This document shows, piece after piece, positions 49,758-59,701 of a stretch of DNA of 64,000 bases (positions are counted from its first letter, which is position 1; each line of letters begins with the position of its first letter). The DNA lies in assembly GCF_049446115.1 (NCBI RefSeq), contig NZ_JBMSEC010000004.1, positions 66,954-130,953 of the forward strand, in the 5' to 3' direction. Source of the stretch: Caulobacter sp. KR2-114. GTDB taxonomy: Bacteria > Pseudomonadota > Alphaproteobacteria > Caulobacterales > Caulobacteraceae. Below the pieces are notes generated by a model. The model ran no database searches and was not told the DNA's origin. It was given only the letters and a program-made list of their open reading frames with translations. The translations under genes and the position numbers were made by a program.

Positions 49758-50324
49758 ATGAGTGGTTTTGGCGTCCGGGGCCCGGTGGCGGCTTTCGTGG
49801 CGGCTCTTGTGGCGGTCCTGGCGGCGGCGGTCGCCGCGCCCGCGGCGGCGGCGGACTTCGACGCCCGCAAGCCGAAGGATGTGCTGGACGTGGTCACCAG
49901 CAACGGCGCCAGCGGCAGCCTGAAGGTCGGCAAGGACGGCAAGCCCTATGTCGAGGCCAAGGCCGGCAAGATCTTCTTCGACGTCGACTTCTACGACTGC
50001 GACGACGCCAAGGCCTCGTGCACGACCCAGAACTTCAACGCCTACTGGACCACCAAGGACGTCACCAACGACCAGATGAACCGCTGGAACCGCTGGACCA
50101 TGTGGTGCCCGGGCTATCTCGACAAGGACGGCCAGCCGAACATGTGGATGAGCGTGCCGGTGTTCGCGCACGAGGCCCGCGACGACCAGCTGGACGTGGT
50201 CAACACCTGGCTCGACTGCCTGCGCGACTTCGACGACTTCGTCGCCAGCCCGGAAGAGGTGCTCAAGCACAAGGAAGAACCGGCGGCCAAGCCGGCGGTC
50301 ACCCCCGGCTCGACCGCCTCCTGA
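49758..50324 (+). CDS. Secreted hypothetical protein with four conserved Cys
   Basis: Signal peptide …AAVAAPAAAADF. Cys at FYDCDD, SCTTQ, WCPGY and LDCLRD. No confident family assignment. Start could also be 49737 or 49743. Confidence 0.45.
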   Translation: MSGFGVRGPVAAFVAALVAVLAAAVAAPAAAADFDARKPKDVLDVVTSNGASGSLKVGKDGKPYVEAKAGKIFFDVDFYDCDDAKASCTTQNFNAYWTTKDVTNDQMNRWNRWTMWCPGYLDKDGQPNMWMSVPVFAHEARDDQLDVVNTWLDCLRDFDDFVASPEEVLKHKEEPAAKPAVTPGSTAS

Positions 50325-50333
50325 TCCGCCCCC

Positions 50334-51323
50334 TCAGGCGGTCACCGGGGCGCGGCCGGCGGCCTGCAGCCTGGCCAGGCGGCTGATCGCGGCGTCGGCC
50401 TCGGCCAGCATGTTGGCGACGATCGTCGCCACCGGCAGCACCTCGCGCACCCCGCCGGCCGACTGGCCCATGGCGAAGCAGGACTTGTCGGGGTCCAGGC
50501 CCTCGATCTGGCCGCCGATGCCGCCCATCGCGCCGGCGCGCGAGGAGATGCCGGCCTGGATCGGGAACGGCTGGATGTCGCCCGCCCGGCTCTCCCAGTC
50601 CTCGACCCAGGCGTTCTTGCGCACGCGCATCGGCTTGCCGGAATAGGAGCGGGTGCGGACGGTGTCCTCGTCGGTGGCCTCGATGATGGTCTGCCGATAG
50701 AGGCCGCCGGCGTGCGCCTCCTGCGAGGCGATGAACCGGGTGCCCATCCAGACGCCCTGGGCGCCCAGCGCCAGGGACGCGGCCAGGCCACGCCCGTCGT
50801 AGAGGCCGCCGGCGGCGACCACCGGGATCTTCACCCGCTCCACCGCCTGCGCCACCAGCGGCATGGTGCCGACCAGGCCGGTATGGCCGCCGCCCTCGCC
50901 GCCCTGGCAGATCACCGCGTCGCAGCCGGCCTGCTCGGCCTTCACCGCGTGCTTCACCGCCCCGCAGACCACCATCACCTTCAGGCCGGCCTTCTTCAGC
51001 CGTTCCATGATCGGCATCGGCACGCCCAGGCCGGCGATGAAGGCCGAGGCGCCTTCCTCGATGATGATCTCCACCGAGGCGGTCAGGCTTTCGGGCGAGG
51101 CGGCCAGCAGGTCGACGCCGAACGGCTTGTCTGTGAGCGTTTTGACCTTGCGCATCTCGTCGCGGATGAAGGCCGGGTCGCGGCCGGCCATGCCCAGCAC
51201 GCCATAGCCGCCGGCGTTCGACATCGCCGCCGCCAGCTCGGCGTAGGAGACCCCGCCCATGCCGGCCAGCATGATCGGATGCTCGACGCCGAGCAGGTCG
51301 CAAAGGGGCGTGTGCAGGCTCAT
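50334..51323 (-). CDS. NAD(P)H-dependent flavin oxidoreductase / nitronate monooxygenase (NMO) family
   Basis: …HPIMLAGMGGVS…, …AVICQGGEGGGHTG… TIM-barrel FMN motifs. RBS GGGAGAG. The upstream 72 codons in the track read through repeat copy 5 and are an artefact. Confidence 0.85.
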   Translation of the reverse strand: MSLHTPLCDLLGVEHPIMLAGMGGVSYAELAAAMSNAGGYGVLGMAGRDPAFIRDEMRKVKTLTDKPFGVDLLAASPESLTASVEIIIEEGASAFIAGLGVPMPIMERLKKAGLKVMVVCGAVKHAVKAEQAGCDAVICQGGEGGGHTGLVGTMPLVAQAVERVKIPVVAAGGLYDGRGLAASLALGAQGVWMGTRFIASQEAHAGGLYRQTIIEATDEDTVRTRSYSGKPMRVRKNAWVEDWESRAGDIQPFPIQAGISSRAGAMGGIGGQIEGLDPDKSCFAMGQSAGGVREVLPVATIVANMLAEADAAISRLARLQAAGRAPVTA

Positions 51324-51404
51324 GGCGGTCTCTCCCGAGATGTTTCGCGGCAAACTCCCGCCGCGCGCGGTGCGATGCAAGTATGACCTAGGGTCAAAGC
51401 ACGC

Positions 51405-51535
51405 TTCTCCTCCCCCCTTGGGGGAGGGGGACCCCGAAGGGGTGGAGGGGGCTCCAGCCTGGCGCGAACGGCGGTTCTCCGCTGGAGCCCCCATCCCCGG
51501 CTTTGCCGGGACTTCCCCCAAAGGGGGAAGAGACT
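51405..51535. repeat. Composite palindromic intergenic repeat, copy 5 (tail-to-tail arrangement, more diverged)
   Basis: ttctcctccccccttgggggagggggaccccgaaggggtggagggggctccagcc…ggagcccccatccccggctttgccgggacttcccccaaagggggaagaga. Confidence 0.75.
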
Positions 51536-51539
51536 TCAA

Positions 51540-52322
51540 TCAGAACACCGAGTACCCGCCGTCGATGATGATCGCGTCGCCGGTGTGGAAGGCCGAGGCG
51601 TCGGAGGCGAAGTAGACGGCGATGCCGCCGAAGTCCTCCGGCTGGCCCCAGCGGCGGAACGGCACGCGCGGGATCACCCGGTCGGCGAAGGCCTTGGACT
51701 CCTGGGCCGCGGCGGTCATGTCGGTGGCGATCCAGCCCGGCAGGATGGCGTTGGCGCGCACGCCGTAGCGGGCGTGCTCGACGGCGATGCCCTTGATCAT
51801 GGTGATCACCGCCCCCTTGCTGGAGGCGTAGGCCTCGTTGCGCGGCGCGCCGGAGATCGCCGACAGCGACGAGGTGACGACGATCGAGCCGCCCGGATCC
51901 CCCGCGCCGGCCCGCGCCACCATGTGCTTGCAGGCCTCGCGGCAGGTGAGGAAGGCGCCCTCCAGGTTCACCGACATCACCCGGCGCCAGACGTCGAGGC
52001 TCATCTCCGAGAACGACGGGGCGCCCAGGCCGATGCCGGCGTTGGCGATCACCGTGTCGACTCGGCCCATGCCGGCGACCGCCTCGCCCATGGCGTCGAC
52101 GATCTCGTGCTCGACGGCGACGTCGACCGTCTGGGCCAGCACCCGCACGCCATAGCCGGTCAGCTTGCCCTCGGCCTCGAGGTTGCGCTCGGCGTTGGAG
52201 CCCCAGATGACGATGTCGGCGCCCGCCTGGGCCAGAGCCTCGGCCATGCCGAGGCCGATGCCGCGGTTGCCGCCGGTGACCAGCGCCACCTTCCCCTTCA
52301 GATCGAACGGCTTGTAGCCCAT
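51540..52322 (-). CDS. SDR-family oxidoreductase
   Basis: VALVTGGNRGIGLGMA, NAG and the YASSK catalytic motif. Confidence 0.85.
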   Translation of the reverse strand: MGYKPFDLKGKVALVTGGNRGIGLGMAEALAQAGADIVIWGSNAERNLEAEGKLTGYGVRVLAQTVDVAVEHEIVDAMGEAVAGMGRVDTVIANAGIGLGAPSFSEMSLDVWRRVMSVNLEGAFLTCREACKHMVARAGAGDPGGSIVVTSSLSAISGAPRNEAYASSKGAVITMIKGIAVEHARYGVRANAILPGWIATDMTAAAQESKAFADRVIPRVPFRRWGQPEDFGGIAVYFASDASAFHTGDAIIIDGGYSVF

Positions 52323-52402
52323 GACGTCCTCCCGTTTTGCGTCGGGGAGGCAAGAGGCCGCCTGCCGCCGCGGTGGTCAAGCGGCCCGGCGACGCAAAGG
52401 CC

Positions 52403-53210
52403 CTATTCCGCCGTCCAGCCGCCGTCGATGGCCAGCGCCGCGCCGTTGGCGGAGGCGCCGAGGTCGCTGGCGAGATACAGCATCAGCCCGGCCAGCTGGT
52501 CGAACTCGACGAACTTCTTGGTCGGCTGGGCGTCCAGAATGACGTCGCGCATGACCTGCTCGGGGGTCATGTTGCGCGCCTTGGCCTGGTCGGCGATCTG
52601 CGCCTCGACCAGCGGGGTCTTCACATAGCCCGGGCAGATGGCGTTGGCGGTGATCCCCGCCTCGGCGCCTTCCAGCGCCACGGTCTTGGTCAGGCCGACG
52701 ATGCCGTGCTTGGCGGCGACATAGGCGCTCTTGAACGGCGAGGCGACCAGGCCGTGCGCCGAGGCGATGTTGATGATCCGCCCACGGCCCTGGGCCTTCA
52801 TGATCGGCACCGCGGCGCGGATCGCGTGGAAGGCGGAGGTCAGGTTGATGGCGATGATCTGGTCCCACTTGGCGATCGGGAAGTCCTCGATCGGCGAGAC
52901 GAACTGCACGCCGGCATTGTTCACCAGGATGTCCAGCCGGCCCAGCTGGTCCTTGGCGAAGGCGACCATGGCGGCGATCTCGTCGGGCTTGGTCATGTCG
53001 GCGCCGTGGAACAGCACCTTGACCCCGGCCTTGGCCTCCAGCGCCGCGCGGTCCTTCTCGATGGCGGCGGCGTCGCCGAAGCCGTTGAGGACGATGTTGA
53101 CCCCTTCCGCCGCCAGGGCGTGGGCCAGGGCCTGGCCGATGCCGCTGGTGGACCCGGTGACGATGGCGACGTGGCCGGCGAGGTTATAGGGGGAAGCCAT
53201 GGATCGCGCG
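52403..53210 (-). CDS. bdhA: 3-hydroxybutyrate dehydrogenase
   Basis: SDR with VAIVTGSTSGIGQALA, NNAG and YVAAK. High similarity to the BdhA signature block …QFVSPIEDFPIAKWD…. Start at MASPYNL (53210). Confidence 0.8.
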
Positions 53211-53408
53211 CTCCTTGCTGCTGCGCCGCAGCATAGGCCGCGGATTGTGTCGTGGGTATCTCTCGCAGGCGCACAAAGGCGTCTTGCACCGAATGGCTGC
53301 GGCGCGCCCAAACAGACGCGCCCAGACAAACGCGGGCAGGCAGGTGCGCGCAGACAGGCGGACCCGACTCTGTCACCCTGCCGCCAGACGTTGTCCGGAG
53401 ACACCGCC

Positions 53409-53834
53409 ATGCGACGGCTGACGATGCTTCCCGCGATGCTCATCCTGGCGCTTGGCGCCTGCAGCCTGCCGGCGGCCGACAAGGAGAGCGACGCCGAGGC
53501 GCGCAAACTCTACGACGAGATCCGCACGGGCGCGGACCTGCGCGAGGACCCGAACCTGGCCGACTTCCTGCGCGCGCCCGACAAGCTGGCGGATCTGGCG
53601 GCGATCAAGGGCGAGCTGCCGGCGGGCGAGCCGACCAAGGTCGAGAACCGCTCTTGGAACTACAACACCACCAACGACGGCTCCGTCGCCACCCTGGTGC
53701 ACGCCTACGTCTATCCCGACAACACGGTGATGGCCGAAACGGTGCTGCGCAAGACCAAGGGCGAGAAGAGCTGGACCATCGCCGGCTTCCACGTCAGCCT
53801 GGCGCATCCCAACACCCCGGGCCAAAAGATCTGA
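53409..53834 (+). CDS. Small lipoprotein, hypothetical
   Basis: Signal peptide plus lipobox LGAC (MRRLTMLPAMLILALGACS). Confidence 0.55.
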   Translation: MRRLTMLPAMLILALGACSLPAADKESDAEARKLYDEIRTGADLREDPNLADFLRAPDKLADLAAIKGELPAGEPTKVENRSWNYNTTNDGSVATLVHAYVYPDNTVMAETVLRKTKGEKSWTIAGFHVSLAHPNTPGQKI

Positions 53835-53837
53835 AGG

Positions 53838-56042
53838 TCAGGGGTCGGGCGGGCCGACCTGGGCCCAGAACGCCGTCAGGCCGACACCATCGAAAACCGG
53901 CTTCAGGGCGCCCTGCCGGCGCAGCTTCGCCAGGTAGGGGTGGAACAGGTAGTTGGTGTCCGGCTCGTCGAACATCTGGTAGCGGCTCGAGCCAAGGAAC
54001 TGCACGTCCCGCTCCAGCCGGTAGGGGCCGCCCCTCAGATAGATCGAACGCGCGAGGTCCAGCGCCTGCTGTTCGTGGCCGATGCGCGCGAGCAGCAGCA
54101 TCATCTGGCAGGCGTAGCCCATGCCCTGCACCGCCACCGCCAGCCCGACCTCGGCGGCGGCGCGCTTCTGCGCCTCTGACCCGTCCGCCGCCGCGCGGAA
54201 CAGGGCGGTGAAGGCGTCGAATTCCGCCTTCGGCCCGGGCGGACGGGCCGGGTCCTGCATCAGCGCGGCCGCCTCCCGCTCGCGGCCGCTGGTGGCCAGG
54301 AACCAGGCCTTCGGCCAATAGCTGGCCAGCTGTCCGGGGAACAGCGCGCCCAGGCGGTCGACGGCGCGCTCCGCCTCGTCGAGCTGGCCGGAATAGGTCA
54401 GGGTGGTGGCGAAGATGCCGTTGGCGAACTGGTCGATCGGCGCCTGGGCGACCACCCTGCGCGCGAGGGCGGCGGCGGCGCGCACGCGGCCCGACTCGAA
54501 CAGCAGGCAGGCCCGCCACTGGGTGACATCGGCGTCGTCCGGCGACAGGGCGAGGCCGCGCTTGAGCACGGCGTCCTTCTCGCTCCAGTGGTTGAGGCAG
54601 GGCATCAGGGTGGAGGCGACGGCGTAGGCCCCGCCGCGGCCGGGATCCAGCGCCACCGCCCGGCGCGCCGCGGCCAGCCCGATCTGCTGGTCGCGCAGCT
54701 GCGCCGCCAGCGGCTCCAGCATCATCGAGCGCGAACAGTTGGTGGCCAGCTCCAGCCAGGCGTCGGCGAAGGCCGGCGCCCGCGACACCGCCGCCTGCAG
54801 CAGCTCGCGCCCGTGGCGCACGCTCTCGGGGGTATGGGTCCGGGAGGCTTCGCGGCCTTTCAGGTAGAGGTCATAGGCCTGCGGGTCGATCGGCTGGCGC
54901 GCCGTGGCGGCGGGGCCGGCGAAATGCACCCTCAGCGCCGAGGCCACCTGCGCGGCGATCTCGTCCTCGACCTGCAGCCCCTGGTCCAGGCCGCGGTCGT
55001 AGCTCTCCGACCACAGGGTCTGCTGGCGGGCGACGTCGGTCAGCCGGGCGTTGACCCTCAGCCGCGCGCCGTCGCGCAGCACCGAGCCGTCCAGCACATA
55101 GTCGGCCCCCAGGGCCTGGCCGGCCCCGGCCTTGCGGACGCCGCGGAAGCTGAAGGCGGAATCCCGCGCCGTCACCCGCATGCCCCCGACGCGCATCAGG
55201 CCGTTGAGGATGTCCTCGGAGAGGCCGTCGGCGAAATAGCCGAGCTGCGGGTCGGGGCTGAGGTTGTCGAAGGGCAGCACCGCCACGCGCGGGTTGGCGG
55301 GCGCGGCCGGCCGCGTCGCGCGCCAGGCCCCGTATCCCCCGGCGCCGGCCGCCGCGAGCACGGCCGGGGCGGCCAGCCACAGCATCCGACGGCGCGACGG
55401 TCCACGGGGCGGGGTAGGCGCGATCGGCGCCGCCGGCGGCGGAGCGGCGTCGTTGGAGGCGGGCGGCAGGGCGAAGACCTGCAGGGTCTCGTCCATCTTG
55501 TCGAGCCGGACCTCGCCACGGTCCACCAGCCGCCCGGCGTAGCCGCCGCGGATCGCGCGGCGGACGTCGGCGGAGACCAGCACCCCGCCCGGCGCGGCCA
55601 GGGCCTGCAGCCGCGCGGCGACGTTGACCCCGTGGCCCAGCAGGTCGCCGTTGGCCAGCACCCGCACCTCGCCCAGGTGCACGCCGACGCGCACCGCCGG
55701 GGGGCCGGACCCGGCCAGGGCCTCGGCGGCCGCCAGGGCGCCGCTGACGGTCGGGAATTCCAGCATGAAGCCGTCGCCGGCGGTGTTGAACAGCCGGCCG
55801 CCGTGGCGCTCGCAGCTGGCCTCGACACGCTCGCGCAGATCGGCGATCTCGCCGGCGCTGGCGTCCTCGTCCGCAGCCGTGCGGGCGGCGTACCCCGCCA
55901 CGTCGAGCGCGACGATGGTGGTCAGCCGCCGGTCGGGATTGAAGTGCTCCACGACGCCGTCCTTGCCCGTCGGGTCAAGGATAGCATGAAGCGACCAATG
56001 TTCGCCCACCTGGCCGTTCTCGTTGGCGGGCATGCGGCTCAT
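53838..56042 (-). CDS. Class III adenylate/guanylate cyclase (CHD) with TM segment and C-terminal TPR/TolB-like sensor region
   Basis: N-terminal CHD domain (…TIVALDVAGYAARTAADED…GDGFMLEF…RVGVHLGEV…). TM at MLWLAAPAVLAAAGAGGY. Long C-terminal periplasmic-like region. The ATG overlaps the stop of the upstream crp-family gene. Confidence 0.85.
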   Translation of the reverse strand: MSRMPANENGQVGEHWSLHAILDPTGKDGVVEHFNPDRRLTTIVALDVAGYAARTAADEDASAGEIADLRERVEASCERHGGRLFNTAGDGFMLEFPTVSGALAAAEALAGSGPPAVRVGVHLGEVRVLANGDLLGHGVNVAARLQALAAPGGVLVSADVRRAIRGGYAGRLVDRGEVRLDKMDETLQVFALPPASNDAAPPPAAPIAPTPPRGPSRRRMLWLAAPAVLAAAGAGGYGAWRATRPAAPANPRVAVLPFDNLSPDPQLGYFADGLSEDILNGLMRVGGMRVTARDSAFSFRGVRKAGAGQALGADYVLDGSVLRDGARLRVNARLTDVARQQTLWSESYDRGLDQGLQVEDEIAAQVASALRVHFAGPAATARQPIDPQAYDLYLKGREASRTHTPESVRHGRELLQAAVSRAPAFADAWLELATNCSRSMMLEPLAAQLRDQQIGLAAARRAVALDPGRGGAYAVASTLMPCLNHWSEKDAVLKRGLALSPDDADVTQWRACLLFESGRVRAAAALARRVVAQAPIDQFANGIFATTLTYSGQLDEAERAVDRLGALFPGQLASYWPKAWFLATSGREREAAALMQDPARPPGPKAEFDAFTALFRAAADGSEAQKRAAAEVGLAVAVQGMGYACQMMLLLARIGHEQQALDLARSIYLRGGPYRLERDVQFLGSSRYQMFDEPDTNYLFHPYLAKLRRQGALKPVFDGVGLTAFWAQVGPPDP

Positions 56043-56737
56043 CGGCTCCAGGCCTGGGCTGCCAGCGCCTCCAGCCGGGGCGCCGAGGCGATGCGCACGC
56101 CGCCGGGCTCCACGCGGACGATGCCGTCTCGCACCCAGTCGCCCAGCTTGCGGTTCACCTTCTCGCGCGAGGCGCCGATCAGGTGCGCCAGGGCGCCCTG
56201 GGTGACACTGACCAGCCCCTCGGGCGTGGCCTGCTGCATCAGGGCGCGGGCCAGGCGGCCGCCGAGGTCCAGCACCTGGCGCGCCTCCATCTCGTCGTCG
56301 AGGGCGCGGATCCGGGTGGACAGCAGCACCACCAGGGCCACGGCAGCCTGGGGATTGTCGGCCAGCGCGTCCAGCAGGGCCGCGCGGCTCAGGCGCAGCA
56401 GCCGGGTATGGCGCGTCGCCGCCATGTCGGCGGAGCGCTCCCCGCCGTCGATCGCCGACATCTCGCCGGCGACGTCGCCGGCCGAGAGCACCGCCAGCCG
56501 GGTCTGCCGGCCGCCCGCGGACAGGGCGCGCACCTCGATCTCGCCGCGCAGGATCAGCCAGGCGCAGTCGCCGGCGTCCCCCTTCTGCGCCAGCATGGCG
56601 CCCACCGGCAGGTCCGTGATCGTTCCGGCGGCGGCCAGCCGCGCCAGAGCCGTCTCGCCCAGCACGCCGAACACCGGACTGCGGGCGAGGGCCGCGGTGG
56701 CGCCGGACAGCTCGGACGGCGCCGGCGCCTGGCTCAT
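56039..56737 (-). CDS. Crp/Fnr-family cyclic-nucleotide-binding transcriptional regulator
   Basis: cNMP-binding domain (…GEIEVRALSAGGRQTRLAVLSAGDVAGEMSAIDGGERSAD…) and C-terminal HTH (…VSVTQGALAHLIGASREKVNRKLGDW…). Confidence 0.85.
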   Translation of the reverse strand: MSQAPAPSELSGATAALARSPVFGVLGETALARLAAAGTITDLPVGAMLAQKGDAGDCAWLILRGEIEVRALSAGGRQTRLAVLSAGDVAGEMSAIDGGERSADMAATRHTRLLRLSRAALLDALADNPQAAVALVVLLSTRIRALDDEMEARQVLDLGGRLARALMQQATPEGLVSVTQGALAHLIGASREKVNRKLGDWVRDGIVRVEPGGVRIASAPRLEALAAQAWSR

Positions 56738-56814
56738 GAACGTCCCTTCCGGCAGCGTGGCGGCATGATCAAACCACAGTGTACCGCCCACCCCCGTCCC
56801 GCCAAGACCGACGG

Positions 56815-57135
56815 TCAGCGCCGGGCCTCGGCCAGCCGGGTCTGCTGCGAGATCAGCGCCTGGCGCTGGGCTTCCGCCTTGGCCACCAGCGCGTCGGTGA
56901 CATCACGCTGGCAGCTGGCGACCGTGCCGTCGATCGGATGGGCGCGGCAGTAGGCCTCGGCGCTGAGCGCGATCTTCTGCTTCAGAGCCGCGTAGCCTGT
57001 GTCACTGCGCAGCTGGGCGGCGAAGGCCGGGGCGCTGAAGGCAGAGTCGGCGGCGACGGCCGGGGCGGCGCAGACCGGCGCGCCGGCCGCGACGGCGGCG
57101 ATGGCGATGGCGGCGCTGACGAAAAGGCGTTGCAT
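56815..57135 (-). CDS. Small secreted protein (UrcA-like)
   Basis: Signal peptide, two Cys (YCRAHPIDGTVASCQRD). About 85-aa mature peptide. Confidence 0.45.
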   Translation of the reverse strand: MQRLFVSAAIAIAAVAAGAPVCAAPAVAADSAFSAPAFAAQLRSDTGYAALKQKIALSAEAYCRAHPIDGTVASCQRDVTDALVAKAEAQRQALISQQTRLAEARR

Positions 57136-57249
57136 GATCGAACCCTCTTTTGAAGTCCGTCGCGGCGGCGACGAACAGAGGGATAGGGCCTGACTGCCCG
57201 CCCCGCTGTGACCCAGGTCACAGCATCGTCGGGCTTGTCGGCCGCCCGA

Positions 57250-58671
57250 TCAGAACAGGACGCGGGGATTCATGATCCGGCCCGGATCCAGGGCCGCGCG
57301 CACCGCCCGGGCGGTCGCCAGTTCGACGGCGCTCTTGTAGCCGGCGGCCTCCTCGGTCTTCATCGTGCCCAGGCCGTGCTCGGCGCTGATCGAGCCGCCC
57401 AGCGACATCACCAGGTCGTGGACGATGTGCGCGCCGGCGTCGCGCAGGTCGTTGTGCAGCCGACCGTCGACGCCCACCGGCCCCAGCACGTCGTAGTGGA
57501 TGTTGCCGTCGCCGACGTGGCCGAAGGCGTCGATGCGCACGCCCGGGAACCGCGCCTCCAGGGTCCGGCCGGCCGCCTCGATGAAGTCGGCGATGCGCGA
57601 CACCGGCACCGAGACGTCGTGCTTCCAGGCCGGGCCTTCGCTCTTCTGCGCCGCCGACTGGCCCTCGCGCACGGCCCAGAACGCCCGCGCCTGGGTCTCG
57701 CTCTGGGCGACGGCGGCGTCGCTGATCAGCGCCTCTTCAAGAGCCGCCGCCAGCAGTCGCTCCATCGCCGCCTCAGCGGCGCCGGCTTCGCCGCTGGCGA
57801 TCTCGATCAGGGCGTACCAGGGCGGGCGGCTTTCCAGCGGCTCTCGGACGCCCGGCAGGTTCTTGCCCGCCAGTTCGACGCCCAGCCGGCTGACCAGCTC
57901 GAACGCCTCCACCTGTCCGCCGGTCTCGGCCTTGGCGCGGGCCAGCAGGCGGATCGCATCGTGCGGGTCCTCGATGCCGACGAAGGCCACGGCGCGCGAG
58001 GCCAGCACCGGGAACAGCTTCAGCGCCGCGGCGGTGACCACCCCCAGGGTGCCCTCGGCGCCGATCAGCAGCTGCTTGAGGTCATAGCCGGTGTTGTCCT
58101 TGCGCAGGCGCTTGAGCCCGTTCCAGATCTCGCCGTTGGGCAGCACCGCCTCCAGGCCCAGCACCAGGTCGCGCATGGTCCCGTAGCGCAGCACGGCGGT
58201 GCCGCCGGCGTTGGTCGAGACCAGGCCGCCGATGGTCGCCGAACCTTCCGACGCCAGGCTCAGGGGAAAGCGCCGTCCGGCCGCCGTCGCCGCCTCGTGC
58301 GCCGCCGCCAGGGTGACGCCCGCCTCCACCACCATCGCATCGTCCAGCGGCGCCACGTCGCGCACGGCCCGCATCCGCTCCAGCGACAGCAGGATCTCCC
58401 CCTGCGGGATCTGACCGCCGACCAGGCCGGTGTTGCCGCCCTGGGGCGTGACCGCCACGCCTGCCTCGGCGCAGAGGCCGATCACCGCGGCGACCTCGCG
58501 GGTGGTCCGGGGCAGCGCCAGCAGCGGCGTCGTCCCGCTCCAGCGGTCGCGCCATTCCACCAGCTTGGGCGCCAGGCGATCGGGGTCCTGGCTCCAGCCG
58601 CCCTCGCCCAGCAGGGCCTTCAGGCGCGCGAGCACATCGGCGGAGACGGGCGGGATGGCGGGGGCGGTCAT
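57250..58671 (-). CDS. FAD-binding oxidoreductase (GlcD / D-2-hydroxyacid dehydrogenase family)
   Basis: FAD_binding_4 motifs (…VTPQGGNTGLVGG…) and C-terminal …ISAEHGLG…. Confidence 0.85.
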   Translation of the reverse strand: MTAPAIPPVSADVLARLKALLGEGGWSQDPDRLAPKLVEWRDRWSGTTPLLALPRTTREVAAVIGLCAEAGVAVTPQGGNTGLVGGQIPQGEILLSLERMRAVRDVAPLDDAMVVEAGVTLAAAHEAATAAGRRFPLSLASEGSATIGGLVSTNAGGTAVLRYGTMRDLVLGLEAVLPNGEIWNGLKRLRKDNTGYDLKQLLIGAEGTLGVVTAAALKLFPVLASRAVAFVGIEDPHDAIRLLARAKAETGGQVEAFELVSRLGVELAGKNLPGVREPLESRPPWYALIEIASGEAGAAEAAMERLLAAALEEALISDAAVAQSETQARAFWAVREGQSAAQKSEGPAWKHDVSVPVSRIADFIEAAGRTLEARFPGVRIDAFGHVGDGNIHYDVLGPVGVDGRLHNDLRDAGAHIVHDLVMSLGGSISAEHGLGTMKTEEAAGYKSAVELATARAVRAALDPGRIMNPRVLF

Positions 58672-58705
58672 GGCGCGCGGACCTTACGCCCAAAGCCTTG
58701 CAGCG

Positions 58706-59701
58706 TCAGCCGACGAAGCCGGCCGCCCGGCGCAGGCGGTCGTTGATCGCCTCGCCGAGGCCGGTGTCCGGGATGGCCGCCACGGCGATGGCTGTGGGCT
58801 TCAGGGCGTCGGCGCGCCGCAGCATGGCGAAGAGGTTGGCGGCCGCCTCGCGCAGGTCGGCCGAGGGGCTGAGGTTCAGCGTCATCGGCGAGGCCGGCGC
58901 CGGCCCGAACGCCAGGAAGGCCTCACCAGGCTCCGGGGCCATGGCGTCCAGCCGCACCGGCGCGGCGGGCGCATAGTGGCGGGCGAGCCGCCCGGGAGAG
59001 CGCTTCGCGTCGGCCTCGGCCTCGGCCAGCGGCCCGATCAGCGCCTCGATCTGCGCCCGGGTCACGGCGCCGGGCCGCAGCAGCCGCGCGGGCCCGTCCA
59101 GCAGCGAGACGACCGTGGATTCCAGCCCGACGGCGCAGGGGCCGCCGTCCAGGGCCGCGGCGGCGGCAAAGCCGGTCTCGGCGACGGCGTCGGCATAGGT
59201 GGTGGGGCTGGGCCGGCCCGAGCGGTTGGCCGAGGGGGCGGCCACCGCGCCGCCGAACGCCGCCAGCAGGGCGTGGGCGAGCGGATGCGCCGGCGCGCGC
59301 ACGGCCACCGTGTCGAGACCGGCCCGCGCCAGATCCGAGACCGCCGCGGTGTCCCGCACCGGCAGCACCAGGGTCAGCGGCCCCGGCCAGAAGGCCTGCA
59401 TCAGGGCGCGCGCACGGTCGTCGACGACGGCGATGCGGCCGGCCGCCTCGGCGTCGGCGACGTGGGCGATCAGCGGGTTGAAGCTGGGCCGGCCCTTGGC
59501 CTCATAGATCCGCGCCACCGCGGCGGCGTCGCCGGCGTCACCGGCCAGGCCGTAGACGGTCTCGGTGGGCAAGATCACCAGCTGGCCGGCGCGCAGGGCG
59601 GCGACGGCGGCCTCCAGGGCGGCGCCGTCTAGCGAGCCCGGCGCGCGGTCAGGTCGAGGCTCACGGTCACCGCCGCGGGGATCGCCTCGGTCGCCTGCCA
59701 T
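58706..59701 (-). CDS. tsaC: L-threonylcarbamoyladenylate synthase (TsaC/Sua5/YrdC family)
   Basis: YrdC core …LVILPTETVYGLAGD…, …NRSGRPSPTT…. The only ATG (59701) overlaps the upstream yceI by 73 nt, so the true start may be a non-ATG codon further in. Confidence 0.75.
   Translation of the reverse strand: MAGDRGDPRGGDREPRPDRAPGSLDGAALEAAVAALRAGQLVILPTETVYGLAGDAGDAAAVARIYEAKGRPSFNPLIAHVADAEAAGRIAVVDDRARALMQAFWPGPLTLVLPVRDTAAVSDLARAGLDTVAVRAPAHPLAHALLAAFGGAVAAPSANRSGRPSPTTYADAVAETGFAAAAALDGGPCAVGLESTVVSLLDGPARLLRPGAVTRAQIEALIGPLAEAEADAKRSPGRLARHYAPAAPVRLDAMAPEPGEAFLAFGPAPASPMTLNLSPSADLREAAANLFAMLRRADALKPTAIAVAAIPDTGLGEAINDRLRRAAGFVG

Noticed and set aside
50334-51539. 401-aa ORF for the NMO-family gene starting at 51539
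   Set aside because: The first 72 codons run through repeat copy 5. The real start is the ATG at 51323, which has a GGGAGAG RBS.
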